A DNA stretch of 63,795 bases, the filler included, from Octopus bimaculoides (taxonomy: Eukaryota): NCBI RefSeq assembly GCF_001194135.2. It is 4 parts of 4 records of this genome, joined end to end, with 100 filler letters (N's around TTAATTAATTAA, not from the genome) between each part and the next. Parts side by side here need not be neighbours in the genome. Positions count along the whole stretch, not along the records: positions 1 to 25,564 come from NC_068989.1; 3 more parts are not named here. One strand, written 5' to 3'. The position numbers and the translations under genes are program-made. Positions 1-11,619 of the stretch are shown in pieces. Every line of letters begins with the position of its first letter. Position 1 is the stretch's first letter. A model generated the notes under the pieces. It was not told the origin of the DNA, searched no databases, and worked only from the letters and a program-made list of their open reading frames with translations.

Positions 1-335
1 ACGGAACAGCCTGCTCGTGAAATTAACGTGCAAGTGGCTGAGCACTCCACAGACACGTGTACCCTTAACGTAGTTCTTGGGGATATTCAGCGTGACACAA
101 TGTGACAAGGCTGACCCTTTGAATTACAGGCACAACAGAAACAGGAAGTAAGAGTGAGAGAAAGTTGTGTTGAAAGAGTACAGCAGGGTTCGCCACCATC
201 CCCTGCCGGAGCCTTGTGGAACTTTTTAGGTGTTTTCGCTCAATAAACACTCACAACGCCCGGTCTGGGAATCGAAACAGCGATCCTATGACCGTGAGTA
301 CGCTGCCCTAACCACTGGGCCATTGCGCCTCCACA
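1..335 (-). mobile_element. tRNA-derived SINE (family C), 3' end cut by window edge
   Basis: Reverse complement starts GTGGAGGCGCAATGGCCCAGTGGTTAGGGCAGCG...GTTTCGATTCCC (Pol III A/B box-like head). The body matches a second copy at ~52780-53030 (+). Confidence 0.8.
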
Positions 336-366
336 TACAACATACACACACATACGCACACATACA

Positions 367-536
367 TACATGTATGTGTTGTATGCATATGTATGTATAC
401 ATGTATGTATGTATGTATGTATGTATGCATGTACGTATGTATGCATGCATGCATGTATGTATGTACGTAAGTATTATGTATGTATGTACGTATGTATGTA
501 TGTATGTATGTGTGTGTGTATGTATGTATGTATGTA
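367..536. repeat. (ATGT)n compound microsatellite
   Basis: Direct reading; explains the spurious ORFs at 230-604, 240-446 and 370-552. Confidence 0.95.
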
Positions 537-852
537 CACTCTTGGTCTTTGATATTCAGCGAACGTTACAAGATAAAGACTATGGAATGAGCTTTAAGAC
601 CTGAAAGCATGAACGAAACTGACAGTTTTCCTCCATGCAAATAAGGAAGCCTCTACAAAATATGAATGTCGTCTTTAGGCCCTACATGTCAATGAAGTTG
701 TCATTCCATTTGTTGAACAGGATTTCCATAAAAGAGAGACAATTCTGCAGAAACGTATCCAATCTTTCAGAGATACACTGTTGTTGCGACCCGTTGGAAG
801 ATCCTCCCCTGTTTTGGAAAGGACAAGATAGATACAACTTTAGTGCCTAAAC

Positions 853-1194
853 CAGGAGTTCTCAACCATTTTTTTTTTTTGTCTATGAACCCCTTTAATT
901 ATCATTTTATTCTGGTGGACCACCATAGCCGTTCGATGTTTAAAAACTAGTTCTCTAGAAACTTCTTTCAAAATTCTTATTTTGTTTTTCACACATTAAC
1001 TTGTGTTGGTTGAAACTGTGTAAAATGTTAGAGAAAGAAACTTAGCTGTTTCTTGCAATGCATACTAATACATACTTTTAAAGCAAAAATTTTTCAGGGA
1101 CCTTTAAAATACTATTGTGGACAATTTACTATTTTGTTGCGTGGTCCCCCACCCAAAATCTTATATAGACCCACTGGCCATAAATTAAGAACTG
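853..1194 (+). mobile_element. Degraded hAT-like non-autonomous DNA element
   Basis: Begins CAGGAGTTCTCAACC, a typical hAT/Charlie terminus. The right end is only loosely complementary (ATTAAGAACTG) and no TSD is seen. A similar CAGGGGTCCCCAAAC start occurs at ~13709. Confidence 0.4.
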
Positions 1195-1485
1195 AAAGTG
1201 GTTTCTGTACCTATAGCTTAATGAACAACTCAGACGGAATCTACTTCATCACTTTTACCATCTCTTCGATCAGTTCATAGTAAATATGCATACAAAGATG
1301 GAGTGAGAACGCCTTCACTTCGTCAGACAAAATGAAAAATATGAGTCAAAAAATATATTCATTTAAGAATACATTAATGAATCTAGTGAATGTTGGTCAA
1401 CTGGCTATCATTTTTCACAGGAAAGCCAAGGTACATGTGCGAATATACTCTGGTTACTATAACGTATCGCATAAATTTTGGTCGG

Positions 1486-1919
1486 CCGAATGCGGCGAGC
1501 TGGCAGAAACGTTAGCACGCCGGGCGAAATGCTTAGCAGTATTTCGTCTGCCGCTACGTTCTGAGTTCAAAATCCGCCGAGGTCGACTTTGCCTTTCATC
1601 CTTTCGGGGTCGATAAATTGAGTACCAGTTGTATACTGGGGTCGATGTAATCGACTTAATCCCTTTGTCTGTCCTTGTTTGTCCCCTCTATGTTTAGCCC
1701 CTTGTGGGCAATAAAGAAATAAGAAACGTTAGCATGCCGGGCGAAATGCTTAGCGGTATTTCTTCTGTCTTTACGTTTTGTGTTCAAATTCCGCTGAGGT
1801 CGACTTTGCCTTTCATCCTTTCGGAGTCGATAAACTAAGTACCAGTTGCGTACTGGAGTCGATCTAATCGATTAGCTCCCTCCTCCCAAATTTTGGGCTT
1901 TGTACCTAGAATAGGAAAG
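1486..1919 (+). mobile_element. Dimeric tRNA-derived SINE (family A, A1+A2 units) with 13-bp TSD
   Basis: Head GCGGCGAGCTGGCAGAAACGTTAGC, B box GAGTTCAAAT, core GTCGACTTTGCCTTTCATCCTTTCGGGGTCGATAA present twice. Flanked by AAATTTTGGTCGG at 1473-1485 and 1920-1932. Confidence 0.85.
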
Positions 1920-2347
1920 AAATTTTGGTCGGACGTCTTGATCTGTTAATTACCATCACATGTAATTTAAAATTAACTGAAATAAAAGCTGGCTGTTTCA
2001 AGCCGAAGAACTTCATCATTGGTACAGTATTTTTGTAAGGATTTCCCCTCTCATAAGACTATTAAATCAAAAGAACTGTTATTGAAACGATCACTCTTTG
2101 GAAAATTTCTTTGCTTCAGATACTCTAAAGAATTATAGTTGGAATAAAAGATACGCGGAACTGAAATTAATTTTATTCTCTCAGCTGAAGCACCAGCTTA
2201 AAGGCTTTATAAGTTTATGAAGAAGAGGTGTCTGTGTCCGTTTCTGCTTCAGATGCAAACTGGTTACGGTGGATACCCACTGTATAAATGGACACCTGGC
2301 GAAGAAAGATTCACGGCGACAATCGAACAAACGTTACTATTGGAATA

Positions 2348-2587
2348 CCGTATTTGCCGGCGTATAAGACGCACTCTCTATGTCTTAGACAAACCCTAAC
2401 TTTTTCTTTTTGTGTGTATATGTGTGAGTGTGTGGAGGGTGTATTTTGTGGAAAAACAAATTTAATGTTTTTCGCCGTACACTAATACATTCGATATCCC
2501 ATCCGTTATACGGTTGCATTAGTTGATTGACAATCTTTTGTTACATTTAAGAAAAACAAAGCCCGTCTTATACACTGGCATATTCTG
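2348..2587. mobile_element. Tc1/mariner-pogo-type MITE (~240 bp), TA TSD
   Basis: Left TA|CCGTATTTGCCGGCGTATAAGACG versus right CGTCTTATACACTGGCATATTCTG|TA (imperfect ~24-bp TIR). Confidence 0.7.
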
Positions 2588-3050
2588 TAGATAATCGCTG
2601 AAGAGTCTTATTGTTCGCTGCTGCTTTCAAAAATTTTCAAAGCGGAGATCATTATTCCGTATTACAGTTGAGACAAATCGAATAATTATATTTGCAAATA
2701 CGACAACAATGAAACTGATCAAGCCTTTTTTTTTTTTTTTTTTTTTTTCCACTTCAAAATCCAGACTCAAACCGTCATTGATGACTTTCCAGTCAGACAT
2801 GTAGACCACCTTTGTTGAAGGAGTGAAATGGATTCTGAAATTTCTTATCGATTACGTTGCAATCAGCAAAATGAGATCTGAAAGGGGAATTTGTGGCGAA
2901 GCTACTGTCCATCAAGNNNNNNNNNNCCCACTCCCTTCTATGTTTTATAGTTCTCACAGCCTTAACACAAGAACTTCAGACCGAACACACACGTGATTTA
3001 TCTGGGGGGAAACACAGTAATAAGCGAACGAATCACTACCTCTGCACATG

Positions 3051-3095
<45 letters not shown>

Positions 3096-3281
3096 GCGTG
3101 TGCGTGTGTGTGTGAGTGCACGCGCGCGCGCGTGTGTGTGCACTCATACATATACCCTTTCATTTTTATTTTATTTTATTTTGCTTTGGGTAAGGGGCCA
3201 CGCTCATCGTGTTTGCAGGCCTTTCAAGACTGGTAAGAACAAGTTCAATATCTTTGTGCTTAATAAAGTACAAATTGCTGG

Positions 3282-3558
3282 GGATCTATTTTAAAACGGG
3301 GGCCACATTTTTCATTAATGTTTTACGTAGTGTTTTTGGTACGGAAAGCGGCACTTAATGTATATCGGCTGAATGGACGTCAGTGATTGGTTGAAATTAC
3401 AGAAATACGACAACTTTAACATGGAATAACTTATGGATTTCTTTTTTTTTAAAGAAGACTAAGAGAAAAAGATGTTTTATATGACACATTCTACCAGTGT
3501 TCCAAGTTTCAAAGTGTTTCGTTAATGAAAAATGTGGCCCTCGTTTTAAAAAAGATCC
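3282..3558. mobile_element. MITE with ~37-bp TIRs (GGATC...GATCC) and 9-bp TSD; MULE- or Merlin-like
   Basis: GGATCTATTTTAAAACGGGGGCCACATTTTTCATTAA versus TTAATGAAAAATGTGGCCCTCGTTTTAAAAAAGATCC. AATTGCTGG at 3273-3281 and 3559-3567. Confidence 0.8.
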
Positions 3559-3794
3559 AATTGCTGGATGCAGGACAAACGTACAAGTATGTACAAACTT
3601 AACATCTACATGTATATATAGATGCATATCTGAATACATGACGTTGCAAAAAAAACGTGGACAAAATGAAAAACAGAACATAAACAGAGCACAGAAAACA
3701 AACAGGCCACGTAGAGAATATTTCCTTCATCAGCTGCCCCTATTCTAAATTAAGCGTTTCGCACATACACACATCACCGATTTCCACCTACATT

Positions 3795-4115
3795 AGACGT
3801 GGTTGTGTGGTCAGAAGCTTGTTTCCCAATCATATGGTTCCGGGTTCAATCCCACTGCGTGGCACTTTTGGCAAGGGTCTGCTACTACAGTCTCGGGCTA
3901 ATCAAAGCCTTGTGTGAGTGGGTTTGGTTGGCGGAAACTGAAACTGGTGTTTTTACGTCCCCGTAACTTGGCGGTTCAGCAAAACAGAAAGATAAAATAA
4001 GTACAAGGCCTTAAAAAAATTAAGTCCTGGAGTTGATTTGTTCGACTAAAACCCCCTCAATGTGGTGCCCCAGCATGGCCGCAGTAAAATGACTGAAACA
4101 AGTGAAAGATAAAAG
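3795..4115 (+). mobile_element. tRNA-derived SINE (family B), internally deleted
   Basis: Head GGTTGTGTGGTCAGAAGCTTG...GGTTCAATCCC; tail CAGCATGGCCGCAGTAAAATGACTGAAACAAGTGAAAGA. Other family B copies at ~17240-17400(+), 19005-19185(-), 31585-31860(-), 31880-32235(+), 45040-45375(+), 49420-49650(+), 53440-54020(-), 60560-60760(+). Confidence 0.8.
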
Positions 4116-4124
4116 ATATAAACT

Positions 4125-4320
4125 GGTATCAAATTTTGGTAGAAGCCCAGCAATTTCGGGTAGGACTTAAGTCGATTGACTGGTACTTATTTTATCGACT
4201 CAGAAAGGATGAAAGGCAAAATTGACCTCGGCGGTAATTTGAACTCGAAACATAAAAGCGGACGAAACGCCGCTAATTATTTTGCACTGCATGTTAATTA
4301 TTCTGCCACCTCGCCGCCTT
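4125..4320 (-). mobile_element. SINE family A copy
   Basis: Reverse complement of the family A core (GAAAGGATGAAAGGCAAAATTGACCTCGGCGG). Further copies at ~11620-12320(+, decayed), 23125-23345(+), 36150-36350(+), 37580-37740(-), 38250-38390(+), 41520-41740(-), 41915-42110(-), 42570-42735(-), 51000-51205(-), 60855-61030(+). Confidence 0.8.
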
Positions 4321-4329
4321 GTACGCATA

Positions 4330-4790
4330 TATGCACATTTAGAAATTTAATTACGCGTACACACACATATACATGCACATACAGGTATACATGCACACAC
4401 ACACACCCGCACAATTGTTTACATAATCGAACACAGACACATGAATGTGCGCGCACGCACACACACACCGGCATAGTTGTATACATAATCGAACACATAG
4501 ACACATGAATGTGCGCGCGCGCACACACACATACATACATACATACATACACATAAACTTACAAATACTTATAAACATGCATACATATACATTGTAAACA
4601 ATAGACACACACACGTACATACATTAACATGCATATATGTAGATACACATAAACTTGCAAACAAACACATACATACATACATACATACATACATACTAAC
4701 ACACATGGACAAACATACATGAATGTATATAGACATATAGACACATAAACAACGTACACATACATACGTACATAAACAAGCACACACGTC
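4330..4790. repeat. CA/CATA-rich low-complexity tract
   Basis: Direct reading; source of several H/T/Y- or C/V/M-rich pseudo-ORFs. Confidence 0.9.
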
Positions 4791-4869
4791 CAGTAGAGAG
4801 AAAAAGCAACAATAACATTTCTGACAAAAAGATTTCAATTCATAAAATACAGCTCACCTCGATCTGTTC

Positions 4870-4950
4870 ACCGATTGGTCAACTGTTTAATTTAAGCTCC
4901 GCCTATCAAGGCGGGTCTTTTCACAAATATATGTTTCTGTCGGCGTGAAA
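4870..4950 (+). promoter_or_regulatory. Candidate upstream promoter of the bHLH-Zip gene
   Basis: Reverse CCAAT box (CCGATTGGTCA, ATTGG at 4874-4878), CTCCGCCT at 4897-4904, GGCGGG at 4910-4915, E2F-like GGCGTGAAA at 4942-4950; about 370-450 bp before the ATG. Confidence 0.5.
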
Positions 4951-5321
4951 CTCGTAGTATTTTCATGTTTAACGTGTACCGCCAGTTGCTTGCTACAAAG
5001 CCGGCTGTTTTTTTTTTAACTGGGGTTGTATTTTAACACCAAAGATCTTACACTGGAATTACACACATCAGTTTGAATTTCAACGTTTTTTTTTTGTAAA
5101 CGTCTGAATTTTTTGTGCTTGTATATATATAAATATATATATATATTTATATATATATATATGTATATATATATATTATATATGCACACACATATTTTAA
5201 AATCTGGCTTAGTTTGAAGCGAAAAATTAACGTGCAAAGTACATTCAACATATCACGCGTAAACTTTATTTAAAAGAAAAGTTAAAAGGACTATATATAT
5301 ATATATATATAAACGCACAAA

Positions 5322-5985
5322 ATGAATGATAGAAAAAGTATGAGTGAAATAGCAGCAGATTTTATTGACCCTTCGACGTGGCCTTTACTTCATAATGATC
5401 CTACACTAGAAGAGTTCGAATTCATGTCACAGTCTCTGGAGTTAAGTTCTGTCAACGATGAATGGCTATCATCGTCGGATCCTTTCAGTGATTTCAACTT
5501 CGATAATTTTGAAATGTTATTTGCAGACCCCGACTTTCTCGTTGCTAATCGTATTGACAATCACAACAACGAAAACGCCGACCGCAATAGCAGATCGACT
5601 CGTAATCCTAACTTATCATCCGCGAACCCTTCACCCACGCACACCAATTATGAGTCGGATTTCTTGGCAACTGGTCAAGACGAACAACAGACACCATCGC
5701 CATCATCTTCATCACGAGAATTCTTCTCTTCACAAACTTCAGCACCACCCTCACCCTGGTCCCAACACTCTTCTGTCGGTTCCCCATTGTCAACACAACC
5801 AGATTCACCACTCGGATTAAACACATCTGAGAATTCTTTTGATTTTCGGACTTTACTAAGTAAATCAAATCTTCAAGTTCCAGTTGAACAGACCCCAAAC
5901 AAACCCCAGCCTAAGGAAAAGGGGAAGAGAGGTCGACCTCCAAAGAAAAACCTCGACCGACGAATACAGAAAGGGAAAAGAACTG
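5322..5985 (+). CDS. Coding exon 1 of Myc/Max/Mad-family bHLH-Zip protein: acidic-hydrophobic N-terminus, Ser/Pro-rich middle, AT-hook/NLS (KRGRPPKK)
   Basis: Longest non-repeat ORF (240 aa) with AAAATG start context. Donor G|GTAAG at 5985/5986 is phase 1 and joins in frame to 11206. Confidence 0.85.
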
Positions 5986-7527
5986 GTAAGATTTTTTTTT
6001 TCGTTCCGTTTCTAATTAAACCCTTCTTCGTTACCATAACTTAGTTGCTTCTATTCAATACATATTAATTAACAAGGTAGTCTCTATGTAATCGCTTGAC
6101 CGGTGACGATCTTTTATATTACGACTGTAAACTTAATTTTAAAACATTAAAAATTGCAATACAAACATAAACGTCACTGAATTAATGCTTGAAACTTGTA
6201 AAATATATAATTGTATAAAATATATATTTAACAAGAATAGTCAATATAGCAACGAGACTCCACTTATGTTAGATGTAGGGGTTTCTCGTTTCGTTTCTTG
6301 TACAAGAATCTGGTGGAGTCAGTTACTAAATTAGAACAAATAATATATTAGCCAAATATATATTCAGATAATTACACGACCCAGAAGGTTGTGGTTCATA
6401 GGTCTGCTCAATCAAAGCTATCATGGGCTAAACAATAATTTATCACTTGTAAGTCAGATAACAGCATAACACTTATACACTTACCCCACCACCGGAACAT
6501 GTAGCCTCTTCTTTCACATGTTTCCACATTAATTTATACTTACACTATTCAAACATTGTTTTTTGTCTCTCTCTGTCAACAAATAGCGTTTTTCTTTTGT
6601 TCTCAAAGCTTACTTTCTTTGTACCCTAAGGTACTCTGAGGTCAACCCCGATTAGCAAACGCTATAATGGGTATGGGATGAGGGAGTACGTCCCATTTTA
6701 AAACGGTAGGGTATAAGGAATTTGGCTGTTATTTCAAGCAGGTTGAATGGCCATGTAGAGGCTTCCTCGTTAGCTCGTTTAAACATACAATAGTGGTGGG
6801 AAAAGCAAACCCTAGATTGATAACTAACCTATGTTTGTAAGCGTATATTTATGAATGTATTTTGTTCATAATGGTTAACTTTTCGACCAGTCTTACCATA
6901 CCAGTTCTTTGTAGATTTGGACAAATTTTACCACAGAGCATTTTTTGTTTTGTATAGGTTTATTTATACGTTTAGGTTAAAGTAAAAAGAAAGAAAAAGA
7001 ATACTAAAGAAACTATTCTTGGGATTCTCACACTAACCGTATTGAAGACACACTTTCCTTCCACCTCATGATTTTTGACAACCGGCATGACAACACACAC
7101 ACTCACTCACTCACATACATCAGCATGGTGAAAAAGACAGCCGGGGTAACTTAGTTACTCTCTTTTCTGTTTTTTATACGTAACCCAGCCAAACGCCATA
7201 GCAACGAACGAAGCGCTGATACTTCTAACCAGCCAACCCTTTGTCTATGCATTTTGTAACCAATCCTTCCCTTTTTTTATATTTAAACTTGAGAGACGAT
7301 GGGTCAAACTTCCTCGATCGTTACCAGTGACTTAAACAACTCAGTCCTTCATTCCCTGGTTGTATCCTGACAAATAAGCAATTTTTATTCAGACGATAAA
7401 AACAACGTGTTATAGCAGAACTAACAAAGTTTAATTGTGTTAGTTTGTCTTTGTAGAGATACTATAGCGACTTACTTTTGAACCTGTCCCTTATACCCGC
7501 TACGATCTCATAGTAGCTAGGTAAAAC

Positions 7528-7905
7528 GGTAGACGGACTATATGTAATCTGAACCTTTACCCCCTTATTTATTAATTTTTTTTTACGGAATCCCACGTTT
7601 TAGGCTATGGAGATTCCGATTCTGAAAAAAAATTGTTTGAAAAATGTCACACCCCCCCCCCCACCAAACAGGCTATTTACATGCTAGAAATAACAGCCAA
7701 ATCTCACAAAACTAGTTTTAGGGTTAGGTTTACCCTGTGGATCTATATAAAAACCGGGGGGGGGGATCGAAATTTTGAAATTGAGATTTTTGAAAATTTT
7801 GTTTCAGAATCGGAATCTCCATAGCCTAAAACGTGGGATTCCGTAAAAAAAAAATAATAATAATAAGTGGGGAAAGGTTCAGATTACATATAGTCCATCT
7901 GGACC
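7528..7905. mobile_element. MITE (378 bp) with ~100-bp TIRs and 8-bp TSD; Merlin/MULE-like
   Basis: GGACTATATGTAATCTGAACC...GGAATCCCACGTTTTAGGCTATGGAGATTCCGATTCTGAAA is mirrored at ~7799-7896. GGTAAAAC at 7520-7527 and 7906-7913. Confidence 0.85.
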
Positions 7906-9643
7906 GGTAAAACTTTATTTTTCTTCGTTCCATATCTATAAATGTAGACTCAGATTGATCGAAAACCAAGGAGAGGTTTATTTTTAGTTGAAAACATTAT
8001 TCTCCTATGGGCATACACGCCGTTTGTTGCTGCTATTCCCAGTGGAAACGAAACCAGGTCGTGGTATATATTTGCAGAGAATTTACCTCTTAGCTTCATC
8101 GTTTCTCACAGCTGAGAGTTCTTTATGAAACACAGTCTCTTTATTTTATTTTTAATAAAATGTGATGACTGGATCTCGTCATATAACTGGTGGTTTACTT
8201 TGTCTTTGATTCTGGCAAAGTCGAACTATAGAAAAGCAACCGTAGTCTTTCTTACCGTCTACACCTAATCCATTCCCTCTTTCTTTCTAAAGTGACTATC
8301 AATTCTCTTATCTCTTTTTTATATGCACTTCTTTCTGTGAGTTGAATATACAATGTCAAGCATCCTAAGTCACATTTCAACTGTCCCCCTCCCCCTCGCT
8401 TCCATCTGTTTCTCTATAACAAGTATGATCTTTAAAAGGATAGATAAGTGAAAGTGATAGGTTGTACCTTACACGAAAATAGTCACTTAAACTGGGTTGT
8501 AAGGGATGGTGAGTGGGGTGACTTGTATAACGTCTTTGCTGATAAAAAACATTCTCTAAAAAGTCTTTCGCAGAGTATCTCTCAAGTCAACAGTTAAAAA
8601 AAATAGCTTAGGGTCCCTCTAATGTTTTATATACTAAATAGAATTTAGTCTTTTTTTTTCTTAATACAGGAGATGAATAGGGTTGAGGTGTTGCCCAGTT
8701 TAAAAGGGTTGTGATTTTGTGTCTTAGCACAAGCGAGACGTTCAGTGCTTTTTATATTCTGTGCTCTTCACTTTCCTTTTGTCAGTTAATAACTTGTTTT
8801 GTTAATATGTATATGTCAGCTAATGTGATAAAAAGTTTAATCTACAATTTTCACTATGTTGATTAGTGTCAAATATTAAAAAGAAAACACTTTTTCTGAA
8901 AATTCGCCCTAAATGACTTTTGACATTCTAATCTAATTGATACATGCAATAAGTTCACAAGCATGGTTTCCAATTTAGTGAATTAATTTCAGGCTCTCAA
9001 TTTAATTCCAATTCCTGCCAGGGAATTAAGATTCATCGGTCTCTGATCGTTTGCGAAGAACATGGTCACTGGTTCCTTCCAGATTTAATGAAAAAATATC
9101 CCACTAGGGGTTGAATACTGAATAAATAAAAATCAACTATATTCTATATCTCCCTTACCCATTGCATGCTTATGGTCTTGTGTCAATAAATGTTTTTCAG
9201 TGCAACAGTTGTATTTTAGTCGTTATCTCATAATTAATCATCCTTTTTTTTCACTGAATATTTTGGCGTTATCCCTAAAACAAACTTATTTACTGTGTTC
9301 TTATAAAAAGTATAAGACAGTGGAAATTTTTAGAAAGTTTAGTCTGATTGAATATATCGGTACCTTTAATTTTAAACCTTAAAGTTAGAGGGAGCCTCTT
9401 ATACTCCCTCGATTTTGTAGAAATAGCAGCTAAATTCCTTTCTACTGTCTTAAATCAGTCCTAAATATATAAAATGACAGTGTTAATGACTGGAACACTT
9501 TTTGATCCATAAGTCTGCTCGATCATTTTTAGTTCTAGTTAGGGGGCTGAACAACCACTACAACCGGCCTATCGACCCGCTCCTACCATCAACTTAATCA
9601 ACCATAATACTTAACTTTCGACCCTTTTTAGATAAGAGTCGTG

Positions 9644-9817
9644 GGTACTACTAAAGCAGCACGGTCCCGAACGCGCAGTCGCGAGTGGTCGATCCTAACC
9701 CTAACCCTAAACACGTATTCATTTGCACACGCGGGTTAGGGTTAGGATTGACCACTCACGACTAGCTAGCGCGGACGCGCGACTGCGCGTTCGGGACCGT
9801 GCTGCTTTAGTAGTACC
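9644..9817. mobile_element. Palindromic MITE (174 bp), perfect 40-bp TIR starting GGTAC, 8-bp TSD, inner TTAGGG repeats; Merlin-like
   Basis: 9644-9683 is the exact reverse complement of 9778-9817. TSD GAGTCGTG (9636-9643) / GAGTCATG (9818-9825). Inner CCTAACCCTAACCC versus GGGTTAGGGTTAGG. Confidence 0.9.
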
Positions 9818-11205
9818 GAGTCATGTTATTTAGCGTTTATTGCAACAGCGATTTGTCGCGATATTGGCTCAAGAATAGATAAAATATTTAATATAAACAC
9901 AAGGCAAGGCCTAAAACAGTTAGGAGATGGGAAAAGTCGATATTTGATTGGTACTTTTATTTTATCGACACCGGAGGGATGAAAGCTAGAGATGAATGTA
10001 AACACCTAGTACAAATACCGCAATGCTTTTTCATCTCCTCCCCTTTACCGACTCTTTTGATCAACCATCGATTAAATAATGTTAGAAATTGAGTGTTGCT
10101 TTGATCATCAGGGTTCCTGCCCCGAATTAAATATTTTCTATAACTCAGAGAAAATATATTGTATTTATTAAACACTAGTTATGTAGCATAAAATATTAGT
10201 TAAATAGAGATATTTCTCCTACAAGTACTTGCCGGAGTACGTAATAAAGTACGTCTAACAAACATTTTTATTGCAGTAAATTCAATTCATGAAAACAGTA
10301 ATAGGAAATTTTCAATAAATAGTTTTTAGTTTTTTTTTATTGTTTCTAAAACATTGGGTTTTTTTCGTATGCTTGATACAATTATATAAATTGCATTCCT
10401 TGCGTCCAAGTCATGTTGTCAGTAAATGAGTGACTTTGTTTAATTACTTCCTTATTAAATTCATAAAATATAACAGGTCATTTGTTTGTATTCCTGTGGA
10501 CCACTACTGTAGTAATCTGATCAACAGTTCGATTCTATGTAGGTTTCGATTCTGTTTTTAGAACCAGTTAGCTCTACGTAGATCATCAATTCCGTCTACA
10601 TTCCCTTAAAACTTTCAGGTTTCGACCCAAGTAGTAGTTTAAACCTAGGATGGCACTAATCGAGCAGATCGTCTAAGTTTATCTCGGGTTACATTATCTA
10701 AGACGGTAGAGGTGTAATGTGGGGGAGATTTGGTTGCTATCTCTAGCGGGTCAAGTGACTACATAGAGGCTCACTCCCTGGCTGCCAAAACAGAAGAACG
10801 TCGAAGTGTATATATTAAGCCTTGTATTTGATCGTCGAAGATTGGAGTTTATCTCCTTTTATGGTCGATTACAGTTTGTAAAAGCACAATAAATGTGAGA
10901 CAATGCATTTTTAAACCTCTGGTTGCCCCTATACATTCTCAGTACTAAAATTCCGGGCTAGTTCATCCTAACAATACGTACTCCTTCCAATGTAATCGGT
11001 TATAGCTGAATAGGTAGTACTCCGGCATGGCCACAGATCAATGATTGAAATCAGTACAAAAACATCCCATTGTTGTAGGTTCAACTCTCGTCCGCTTTGG
11101 CTTGGTAAATAAATTTACTATTTCAAAAGATTGTATGTTGCATATCACTTTTCTTTATGAAGTAAAATAAAACGGTCTTTTTTCTATCATTTCAATTTCT
11201 TTTAG

Positions 11206-11619
11206 CTATCATTTCTCCAGAAACACTCGAAGATTCAATGGTGAGACTGTCCCACACAAATCACACAAACACCAGTTGTAGTAGTAGCACATCAACAGCC
11301 GTAACGGAGAGAAAGAAACGTAAATGCATGACAGACGAAGAGAAAAAAATTCATAATGAACTGGAACGAAGGCGCCGTGCTGCCATGTCTGTACGTCTGG
11401 CACATCTAAAAGACTCTGTTGAAAAAATTCGCGATGATCCAAAAGCGTCGACAAAAAAAATAGTCGATGAAGCAATTGTTGCTATTGAGGACTGTAAGCT
11501 CTATGAGCAGGAACTTCTGATCGAGAAACAAAATTTGGCAGATCACCGGCGGAGGTTAAAGGCGCGGATACAATCTATGGAAAAGGGAACAGATTATTCT
11601 TTTACATCAACGCTAACAG
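11206..11619 (+). CDS. Coding exon 2: Myc-type basic helix-loop-helix leucine zipper
   Basis: Pyrimidine-rich acceptor ...TTCTTTTAG| at 11205; 414 nt, phase 1-1. Encodes KKIHNELERRRRAAMSVRLAHLKDSVEKIRDDPKASTKKIVDEAIVAIEDCKLYEQELLIEKQNLADHRRRLKARIQSM, with the H..E..R basic signature and C-L-L-L-M heptads. Donor AG|GTACAT at 11619/11620. Confidence 0.92.

Noticed and set aside
260-335. tRNA-like sequences at SINE heads
   Set aside because: A/B boxes only, no complete cloverleaf, and continuous with SINE bodies; not tRNA genes.
5458-5898. Overlapping ORFs 5458-5820(+) and 5608-5898(-)
   Set aside because: Alternate-frame shadows of real exon 1 with no domain-like features.
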